A DNA stretch of 64,000 bases from Octopus sinensis (Eukaryota), in NCBI RefSeq assembly GCF_006345805.1, contig NC_042997.1:81902001-81966000 (forward strand). Direction: 5' to 3'. This document shows, in pieces, positions 55,440 through 64,000 of the stretch (position 1 is its first letter; each line of letters opens with the position of its first letter). The notes under the pieces are model-generated. The model did no database searches, was not told the DNA's origin, and saw nothing but the letters and a program-made list of their open reading frames with translations. A program made the position numbers and the translations under genes.

Positions 55440-57617
55440 CACTGAGAAAAGCAATAGCATATAAAACTAAATGAGTTGAAAGATGTAGATTAGAACGAGA
55501 GACACAAGAGGGAAGGGATATGTTACTGTAGGTGTAAGATATCCCACAGAGGAAGAGGAGGAAACGAAACACTCCTCTTTGACGGTGTCCATATACCTGG
55601 GTTGCAGAATGGCGAAAATAATAATGGAAAACATTTTACTAGAAATAGACATCTGCTGGTTGGTGGCATGAACAAAATGAATATCCTACAGGCGCGAAAA
55701 CTGCATAAACAAACCTTTTGCGGGCAGTACTTGGATTTATGGATGCGAATGGATAGAACAAATTTACCAGATTGCTTCAAACTTCCATGTGGCTGTGGAG
55801 GGATGAAATCCGATGTTTCACATGTGTGCAGACACAAATCATCTCAAGGCCTTTTTCCCACAACAAAATAGAGAATAGAGAGCACCGCCTTTGCCGACAC
55901 CACCACCACAACAACACGCAGCAACAGCACCAGCTAATACCGCTGGCCACTACAGCTGCAAAAACAACAGTATCATTAGCTTTACCAGTAATCATGGCAG
56001 CACCGACCTCATTAAGCGTAACAACAACATGAACAAGAGCAGTGAAGGCAACAGCAGCGAACAGAACAGGAAACTCACGAACATCTAAGTCTTTCACATA
56101 TCAGACAACAGCGAAAACAACAGCATCAGAATTCCCCAAAATAAGAAATTTATTATCAACAGAACAACGGTAAAAATCTTCCAAAGAGATGTCCCACTCA
56201 TGTTCGTAACAGTCAGACACGTCCTGCGGCCATAGGGACGACGAAGAGCCTAAATGTCAAAAAGTTGGCAGATCTGATAACATAAAGGGAAATAAAATAT
56301 AGCCATACGAACACAAAATCTGGCAGGTATGATCAGAGCTGGAAAATATCTTTGTGAATAAATACACACATACCCCCCCCACACACACACAACAGCAGCG
56401 TCACCAGTAATGTCAGCATTATTGCCATCGCTACCATCACCACCACTATTATAAAAAACACAACCCTCACGAGCACAGCATAATTCACACACACAACTCT
56501 CAGATCGCACGTTACAACACCAGCAAATGTCAAACATCATTAACTACACAGCAATAAGCAAGAACAATAAAGACCTGAAGGAACGCATATATAACCATAC
56601 AGATAACGCAGCCCAGATTTATCACATAAACAAACAACGTACCAACGCACATAACAGTTATCCTTAGGATAGTCCGTATAAATGCACATGATTTGGGGTC
56701 GCCTATGAAATATAGTCATCTACTCAGCAACTTCAGATCACGAAGTGTAGATGTAGTGGCTCTCAGTGAAGCTAGACTCTGACTGACAATCGTTCATGCC
56801 GATTTTCGGTGATTTACGCTCAGACAGAAGCAGGGCAATAAGCCTTTTTCATGCGTCTGGAGGTTTTCCTAGGAATTCCTGTTTTAGTGGGGGATTTAAA
56901 CGCCGTCATAGAGCCAGAGTTCGACTGTGTGGGGCTGACGGATAGTAAAGTGGGTGGTAAAAGCCTCAGAAGCCTGCTGAGCAATGGGGTCGATGAAATC
57001 AACCTACCTCATTTCTCTAAATTGCTGGCCTTGTGCGAAACTTTGAAAGCATTATTATTGTTATTATTAGCTGCTGTCGCGTGTAGGACGGATCCGGATA
57101 TCAGCTGAATCGATAGTGAAGATTGCCCCGCTACCCCCTTTTAACCGGGAGGGGCAGGCAATTTTTTTAGTTATCTGGTGGTTGTAGAGAAAGAGGTAGT
57201 GTGGTGGACACGTTTGAAAGGGCTAAAGACAGACACTTTCGTCTTTGGCCAAACCTCATCAACTTCAAGTCTCATTTGAGAAGGAAAGTGAGGGTGGAAG
57301 GGAAATGTTGTCTTCTATTAAATTTGTTGAAATGTAGGTGGATGTGAGATAAATGGCCATTGTAAATGGACCAATTCTGAGAATACACCTGTAAAAAGAA
57401 TAAAAGGAGAAGGGCTCTTGCTCAGTTGATCAGGCACCCGTGGCTTTTGTTGCTTTTCCCACGAGTAACCATTAAAGAGCCTACCACTATTGGGAGTTTT
57501 ACTTGTTACTTCTGGATTGTTATTTAATGTTTACATGAATGTGAAAACCCTTTGTAACGTCTTGTGTTGTCTTTTATGTATAATTTATATTAGCCCTTGT
57601 AGCCCATAAAAGAATAA
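55440..57617 (+). mobile_element. Internally deleted Tx1-like element T4b with the longest ORF1 remnant
   Basis: EIDICWLVA, VAVEG..RCFTC-ADTNHLKAF (CX2CX4HX4C remnant, frameshifted), Ser/Thr/Asn-rich tail, APE start and ORF2 C-terminus, as in T1b. The 5' boundary is approximate. Confidence 0.75.
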
Positions 57618-57680
<63 letters not shown>

Positions 57681-57703
57681 GTTATTACTATTATTATTAT
57701 TAC

Positions 57704-57734
<31 letters not shown>

Positions 57735-57756
57735 TCTATTATTATTATTATTACTA

Positions 57757-57798
<42 letters not shown>

Positions 57799-57840
57799 CA
57801 TTATTATTATTATTATTTTTATTACTATTATTATTATTAC

Positions 57841-57897
<57 letters not shown>
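57618..57897. repeat. (TAT)n/(TAC) tract between the Tx1 tail and the A3 3' end
   Basis: Direct reading of the sequence. Confidence 0.95.
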
Positions 57898-58065
57898 TTT
57901 TTTTTTTCTTTCAAATTTCTTGCATTTCTTGCCGAGTGTCTTCCCGAGTCCTAGGGCAAGAAACTCATAGTGTATATTGGTAGGCCATTAAACAAACTCA
58001 GTAGTTCGTTCATTTTTTTTTTTTTTTTTTAAAGTTAAATTAAAATGCATGAGCAGCAACAGTTC

Positions 58066-60603
58066 TCACATCGACAATGCTCTTCTCAATACGTGTGATG
58101 TACCAGTTAAGACAATATTTTGCACTTCTTGCAGGGATGGTAAGCCAGGGATCATTCTCATATAATTTTCGGTTCCCTTCTTGATCATTCCTAGTACTCC
58201 TACGATCACTGGTATTGTAACCGCCTTGAGATGCCACATTTTCTCAATTTCAATGAGTAGGTCTTTATATTTTCTGAGCTTGTCAAACTCTTTCGCTGAG
58301 ATATTATGATCACAGGGGATGCTCATGTCGATCAATAAGCAAACTTTATTGTTTTGGTCATTCACAACAATATCTGGTTTATTGGCCTTGATGGTTCGGT
58401 CTGTATGTACTGGAAAGTCCCACAGAATGGTTACATTTTCTCCTTCAGTTACAGCCTCAGGGTGGTGATTATACCACTTGTCGGCAGTTATGATATTGTA
58501 ATGCCGACTTATTAGCCAGTGGAGATATTGGCCAACTCTGTCATGTCTTAATTTATACTCCACTGGTGCTAAGACTTTACATCCAGAGATTAGGTGGTCC
58601 ACTGTTTCAATCATGTCGTTGCAGAATCGGCATTTTGGGTCTGCTCCATTTTTCATTACATTGGCCTGGTAGTTCCGGGTTGATAGGCTTTGGTCTTGAG
58701 CAGCCAGGATGAAACCTTCGCTCTCTGCTTTTAGCCCTGAGCTCCGCAGCCACTGATGGGTTTGCTTCTGGTCAACATCAGCTTGTTTGCTGCGGGTCAC
58801 ATATTTGCCGTGCAGAGGTTTCTCCTCCCACCTATCAGCCAATTGCTCGTGCGCTTTTTTCATTGCCATCATTTTCACCTTCTTTGCAACAATAGTAGCC
58901 GTACTTCCCTCGGGTTGTTCAGTTTGGGTATCCTGCACGAGATCAATAGCAAAGTTTTTGCTTTCCTTGATGATAGAATGAGGCTTCTTTCGCCTCTCGT
59001 GATTTTCCACGAGCTTTAGCATCCAGTCATTCGATATTTCGAGATATTTGGCCAGTCCAATTGTGGTTGTTTTGTAAGCTAGTTCAAATTGGATCAGGCC
59101 TCGACCTCCTTGGGCTCTGGGAAGGTAAAGGCGATCTACGTCTGCCTTTGGGTGGTGCATCCTATTACAACTCAGCAGCTTGCGTATTTTCCTGTCTATA
59201 TTCTTTACTTCACTCATATTCCAGTTCAACACATTGTAGCTATAAGTAACAACTGGAACTGCTAGGGAATTTATAGCTAACACCTTGTTACGTGCATTTA
59301 GTTCAGATTTCAGGACTGCACGAACTCTCCTATAACATTCCTTCCTGATCTTCTCTTTCATGCTTGCATGCTGAATACCAGAGCCTTCATTTATCCCTAA
59401 ATATTTGTATGTTTGTTCTTGCTCAAGCTCTCTTATGACTGTGTCAACATCTAACACGACTGAATTTGTGGTCTTCACTTTCCCTTTCTGGAAAGTGGCC
59501 TTGGCACACTTCTCAAGTCCAAACTCCATCCCGATGTCATCGCTGAATGCTTTCACGGTGCGCAATAGGCCTTCAAGTTCATTATTGTCTTTACCATAAA
59601 GTTTTAAGTCATCCATATAAAATAGATGGCTTATTTTTTTATTGGCAATTTTATACCCATACCTTGTTCTGTTTAATTCACTTGTAAGGGGTATTAGGGC
59701 TATGCAGAATATTAAAGGTGAAAGTGAGTCACCTTGAAAAATTCCACAGTTGATGTTTATATTTTCTGAGGCAAGTACTCCATTAGAGTGGTATAATTGG
59801 AGATTCGTATTCCACAACGACATATTGTGCTTCAGGAAGTTTGAAATCACAGGGGAAATTTTGAAGATGTCCAGCGATCTCAAGATCCATGGATGCGGTA
59901 TACTGTCGAAGGCCTTTTTATAGTCAATCCATGCGGTGCTGAGATTTCTGCGCTTGTTGTGACAGTTCTCAAGGATCATACGATTGATTAGCAGTTGATC
60001 TTTGCATCCGTAAGAGCCTCGGCGGCACCCTTTTTGTTCAATGGGGAAAATATCGTTCTTCTCCATGAATGCATATGTTTTCTCCGCCAGGATAGATGTT
60101 AGGATTTTATACGTGGTGGATAGACAGGTTATAGGCCGATAGTTTTTTGGAAGGTTGGTTTTGTTATTCTTTGGGAGTAGGTAAGTAATGCCACTTGCTA
60201 ACCATTCAGGTGTTTTCTTTGGGTCTCTCATAATTCCATTGAGCAGCTGAACTAGCTTACCGTGTGTGCACGGGAGCGATGCGAGCCAGAAATTCGGCAC
60301 CCTATCTTTACCGGGGGATTTCCAATTATGGGCCTTCGTGAGTGCCTTTCTTAGGTCTGCTATTGTGATGTCTTCCCATGCTTGTTGTTGTAAATTTTGG
60401 TAGGATCCTTCAGTTTGTATAATCCAGTCTGCATTTATGTTGTACGTCTTCTTGTCACTCCAAATCCTTTTCCAAAAGTTTTGAACTTCTTCCATGGGAG
60501 GGGGGTCTTTAACGGTTACTTTCTCCTTCCCTATTTCTCTGTAGAATTTTTTGGCATTGGATGTGAACAGCTTTTTGCTTGTAAAACTTGTTTCTCTTCT
60601 CAA
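58066..60603 (-). CDS. A3 ORF RT + CCHC + RLE part
   Basis: 845-aa open frame with [60 protein letters not shown] and KLRKYKDL. Confidence 0.93.
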   Translation of the reverse strand: MRRETSFTSKKLFTSNAKKFYREIGKEKVTVKDPPPMEEVQNFWKRIWSDKKTYNINADWIIQTEGSYQNLQQQAWEDITIADLRKALTKAHNWKSPGKDRVPNFWLASLPCTHGKLVQLLNGIMRDPKKTPEWLASGITYLLPKNNKTNLPKNYRPITCLSTTYKILTSILAEKTYAFMEKNDIFPIEQKGCRRGSYGCKDQLLINRMILENCHNKRRNLSTAWIDYKKAFDSIPHPWILRSLDIFKISPVISNFLKHNMSLWNTNLQLYHSNGVLASENININCGIFQGDSLSPLIFCIALIPLTSELNRTRYGYKIANKKISHLFYMDDLKLYGKDNNELEGLLRTVKAFSDDIGMEFGLEKCAKATFQKGKVKTTNSVVLDVDTVIRELEQEQTYKYLGINEGSGIQHASMKEKIRKECYRRVRAVLKSELNARNKVLAINSLAVPVVTYSYNVLNWNMSEVKNIDRKIRKLLSCNRMHHPKADVDRLYLPRAQGGRGLIQFELAYKTTTIGLAKYLEISNDWMLKLVENHERRKKPHSIIKESKNFAIDLVQDTQTEQPEGSTATIVAKKVKMMAMKKAHEQLADRWEEKPLHGKYVTRSKQADVDQKQTHQWLRSSGLKAESEGFILAAQDQSLSTRNYQANVMKNGADPKCRFCNDMIETVDHLISGCKVLAPVEYKLRHDRVGQYLHWLISRHYNIITADKWYNHHPEAVTEGENVTILWDFPVHTDRTIKANKPDIVVNDQNNKVCLLIDMSIPCDHNISAKEFDKLRKYKDLLIEIEKMWHLKAVTIPVIVGVLGMIKKGTENYMRMIPGLPSLQEVQNIVLTGTSHVLRRALSM

Positions 60604-61753
60604 ATCTTCGTATTCTTTGGGCTTTTGCTTGGACGTTTTGTTTCAGCGTTTCTTTTATTGATATCAGTTCTTCTCTTGGTGAAGATCCAAATTTTCTCTT
60701 CATCTTTCTTCCTGTTCTGGATCTTACATCATTTCCACATATTATTTCATTTAATATTGATATTTCCCCTCTCATAAATTCAATGTCTTTTTCAATTTTA
60801 CTTCTCCAGGTTTGATTTCTTCCCAGGTTTTGTTTTCTTTGTTTTTTCGGGGGCATACAGCTGGTTTCAATTGCCCTAGCAGAAGCGTAAATAATTTCAT
60901 TTAACTCAGTAAAATCAGGTTTTAATTCTCGTATTATTTCATTTGTTACATAGTTGCCAATTTGGATTTGTTTTTTATTTTGGTTTGTATTTGAGAGTTT
61001 ATGAAGCGGTTCTCTATCATTCATACTTGTATGTCTTACAACTTCAAGCGTATTCAGGATTTTCTGCCTCATTTCTGCTATAGACTCTCTGTGTTCTTCA
61101 GCAAATGCGAGATCTTCAGTTACTGTTGTTTTTTCGTTTTCCTGGCTATCTTTAACAGGTACAATAGAATTTCTTGTATCTTCAGGCCTTTGCGTACTTT
61201 GGTCAGATGGCAGTCTTTCAATTAAGCCTCGTGGCGGGCTATACTGTTCATCTGATTCTTCATTTCCTTTGTGTCTTATATTTATGTCATTTTCCGTTGC
61301 GTGCTTGATCGCGCTTATTTCACTGTCTGTGAGTCTGTTATTTCTAAAGATATCCCTCCTCACATTTGCTAATTTGTTCTCGTTCAAATAGGGCCTACTG
61401 TCTTGATTCCGTGTTCTCCATATACTGTAAGAGTTTGCGGTGTGTCTCTCTTGAGATGGCCTACCTAATGCATAGTAATAAGCGTATATTACTTCTTTAT
61501 ACTCTTCTCGGGTCCATTTGTTCCGCTTACATTTTTCTTTCTGTGGTGGTTGTGGTGGTGAACTTGGAGGGCTCGAGTTGGGGGATTTCCCGTTCAAGTG
61601 ACCATCCATGTCTGTATTCGGAGAAGAGTTTGTGCCAGTTGATGACTTTTCGATCCCAGGCTGGCTCTTCCCTGGGAGACGCGCTTCCAGATTAACCATA
61701 GGACAAGCGATTTGGTATACTGATTTAGTTTTCCTTTTAGCTTCCAAAAACAT
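60509..61753 (-). CDS. A3 ORF N-terminal part (Myb-like nucleic-acid-binding region)
   Basis: 414-aa ORF from ATG 61753 with KWTREEY and NKLANVRRDI. Goes out of frame after KRNKFYKQ. Confidence 0.85.
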   Translation of the reverse strand: MFLEAKRKTKSVYQIACPMVNLEARLPGKSQPGIEKSSTGTNSSPNTDMDGHLNGKSPNSSPPSSPPQPPQKEKCKRNKWTREEYKEVIYAYYYALGRPSQERHTANSYSIWRTRNQDSRPYLNENKLANVRRDIFRNNRLTDSEISAIKHATENDINIRHKGNEESDEQYSPPRGLIERLPSDQSTQRPEDTRNSIVPVKDSQENEKTTVTEDLAFAEEHRESIAEMRQKILNTLEVVRHTSMNDREPLHKLSNTNQNKKQIQIGNYVTNEIIRELKPDFTELNEIIYASARAIETSCMPPKKQRKQNLGRNQTWRSKIEKDIEFMRGEISILNEIICGNDVRSRTGRKMKRKFGSSPREELISIKETLKQNVQAKAQRIRRFEKRNKFYKQKAVHIQCQKILQRNREGESNR

Positions 61754-62010
61754 TTTGGTGCTACGATAATGTTATCATTTTTTTTAGCTTTGATTGGCTC
61801 GTGGGGAGACGGCCATCATTGCCGTTACAATTATAATCGTACCATTATAGCAGCCGTAGTCGGCTTATTATTGTTATTATCATCACCATTACCATCACTA
61901 TCATCATTATCACCACCATTACCATCATCATTATCATCATCACCATCACCATCACCACCATCATCATCAATGATATTGTTTTATGTGTAGTCACAGCAGT
62001 ATCTTATTAT

Positions 62011-62043
<33 letters not shown>

Positions 62044-62063
62044 TATTATTATTATTATTATTA

Positions 62064-62099
<36 letters not shown>

Positions 62100-62100
<1 letters not shown>

Positions 62101-62533
62101 TATTTTTGACTTTTGCTTTATGTCTGTACAAGTTGGCTTCAAGTCTCACCTAGAGACCTCAAGAGACAAGAGTTTGGAAGTTCACGTTGTTGTTATGCCT
62201 AGTGTGCCATATATTCGACATTTTTTGGTGTTGTACTAGTGAATGTCTAATACACAGATTTTAAAAAAAATTGTTTTAAACCTTTGGATTACATAGAGAG
62301 TATTTTGCGTAGGATATGAGCATTTCCCATGCGTACTATCTTTTGAATTTCTGCCATTTTGGGGTTTCCTGGTATCTGAGTTAGGTAGCAATCAGCCCAT
62401 TTCACTAGCATTCCCAGGGCACCTATAACAACAGGTATTGTTTTAGTCTTCAGCTTCCACATTTTGCTGATTTCTATTTCAAGATCTTTATATTTGCTCA
62501 GTATTTGGTATCGAGTGAGATGTGGTCATTTTC
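62100..62533 (-). mobile_element. Family C fragment C6 (3' UTR plus internally deleted RLE end)
   Basis: Matches the C5 3' region. Deletion junction ttggta|tc|gagtgagatg, then truncation into (ATT)n. Confidence 0.85.
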
Positions 62534-62568
62534 ATTATTATTATTATCATTATTATTATTATTATCAT

Positions 62569-62610
<42 letters not shown>

Positions 62611-62618
62611 TATTATTA

Positions 62619-62658
<40 letters not shown>

Positions 62659-62679
62659 GTTATTATTATTATTATTATT

Positions 62680-62878
62680 AAGGCGGCGAGCTGGCACAAT
62701 AGGTAGGACAACCTACAAAATGCAAAAATAACTCGTATTACACCCAACATATGTGAATGTATTCGGTAGAGGGAAACTGAAAAAGTCCATGAAAGCGCGC
62801 ATGTGGGTATGTATACGTATGCTAATATCTATGTGTATGTGCCTTTGTATTCCACCGCTTGTGTTTCGTCGGGAAGCA
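62680..62878 (+). mobile_element. Composite SINE head/body, duplicate of 30558-30760
   Basis: Colinear with 30558-30770. Confidence 0.6.
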
Positions 62879-63873
62879 CAATCAGTCCCTTTCGCTATCA
62901 TTCCCAGGGCACCTATGACAACAGGTATTGTTTTAGTCTTCAGCTTCCACATTTTGCTGATTTCTATTTCAAGATCTTTATATTTGCTCAGTATTTGGTA
63001 GGTCTTGACAGATACGTTTATATCGATTGGGACAGTCATATCAATGAGGAGGCATGTTCTTTGTCTGAAGTCTTTCAATATGATGTCTGGCCTATTTGCA
63101 TCTATCTTTCTGTCAGTTTGAATGGTGAAGTTCCAGAGGAGTGAGATGTGGTCATTTTCAAGCACTGGATGTGGATTGTGTTCCCACCAGTTTTTTCTCA
63201 TGGGGCAAATTCAGGTTTTTGCAAATTACCCAGTGAATATAATGTGCAGCTCTATCATGCCTATTGAGGTACTCTGTAGGCGCTAGAAGACTGCATTTGG
63301 AGACAACATGATCAATGGTTTCATTTTGTTGTCGGCATACACTACATGTTGGGCTACTGCCGTTCTTTAATATGTTGGCCTGGTAGTTTCTTGTTGGTAG
63401 GCATTGATCTTGAGCTGCTATGATAAACCCCTCTGTTTCAGATTTTAAGCCAGAGGCCATTAGCCATTGATGGGTCAGGGCTTTGTCGATATCTGCGTTA
63501 TTCGCTCTCCTTGGGTATTCGCCATAGAGAGGTTTTTCTTGCCATTTATTATTCAGAATATCTAAGGCCGCAGTTTTGGCACGGGTTTTCATGCGCCTAG
63601 CTTTTTCTGTGCTTGTTTCTTGTATGTCTATCTCTAATTCCGAAATTGGTTGTATTCGGAATTCACTTAGATATTCCTTTGCCTGTTTTGTGACTGAGTA
63701 TGATGCTTTCTTGTTTTCATGTTTTGAGACAAGTTTTAACATCCAGTCCTCAGACATTTTCAGGTAGGTGTCTAGGCCAATTGTAGCAATCTTCATTGTT
63801 ATTGCCAGTTGCAAAAGACCACGGCCTCCCTCTTTTCTTGGCAGATAGAGTCGTTCTGTATCTGCCTTAGGGT
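62879..63873 (-). mobile_element. Family C fragment C7 (post-RT, CCHC, most of RLE; 3' end lost by fusion to the SINE composite)
   Basis: PKADTERLYL, CSVC..ETIDHVVSKC, RHD, NRPDII, LIDMTVP. Confidence 0.9.
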
Positions 63874-63874
63874 A

Positions 63875-63945
<71 letters not shown>

Positions 63946-63955
63946 TATTATTATT

Positions 63956-64000
63956 GAGTGATAGAGCAGTGCATGCCATCAAAGTGACACTGAGGTAAAA
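63956..64000 (-). mobile_element. Element F copy F3 (terminus only; runs off the window)
   Basis: gagtgatagagcagtgcatgccatcaaagtgacactg matches the F2 end. Confidence 0.7.

Larger units (their letters stand above)
57898..61864 (-). mobile_element. Family A copy A3, full-length R4/Dong-like element, single lesion
   Basis: 5' UTR, Myb-like N-terminus, RT, CCHC, RLE, 3' UTR and poly(A). The only disruption seen is a 2-bp deletion at ~60573 (cagctttttgc vs cagcttattttgc in A1/A2). Confidence 0.95.

Noticed and set aside
60560-60603. Programmed frameshift or two-ORF organisation in family A
   Set aside because: A1 and A2 read through this site in one frame, so the A3 break is a private 2-bp deletion.

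Overview
This window is AT-rich eukaryotic DNA with no recognisable host gene, rRNA, tRNA gene or CRISPR array. It is probably an octopus, inferred only from my recollection of two SINE families and not from a search. Almost all of it is nested transposable elements separated by about 20 (TAT)n/(CAT)n microsatellite tracts. Five distinct families of RLE-type (R4/Dong-like) non-LTR retrotransposons, called A-E here, occur as about 19 copies or fragments. All lie on the minus strand and, wherever the 3' end is retained, it abuts (AAT)n. One family A copy (57898-61864) is a single 2-bp deletion away from an intact ~1229-aa Myb-like/RT/CCHC/RLE ORF. Also present are a non-coding element F with the same microsatellite context, a ~300-bp element X carrying a minimal type I hammerhead ribozyme motif (Penelope-like), decayed L1/Tx1-like pieces, two mariner families, tRNA-type SINEs and a 1.1-kb long-TIR element. 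The middle of the window is a mosaic segmental repeat (E-Tx1-mariner-Tx1 derivative) in 3-4 copies. Most ORFs in the supplied track are antisense shadows or microsatellite read-throughs. The most interesting signals are the self-renewing microsatellite landing-pad system, the hammerhead motif, a covarying 3'UTR stem shared by four R4 families, and element F.
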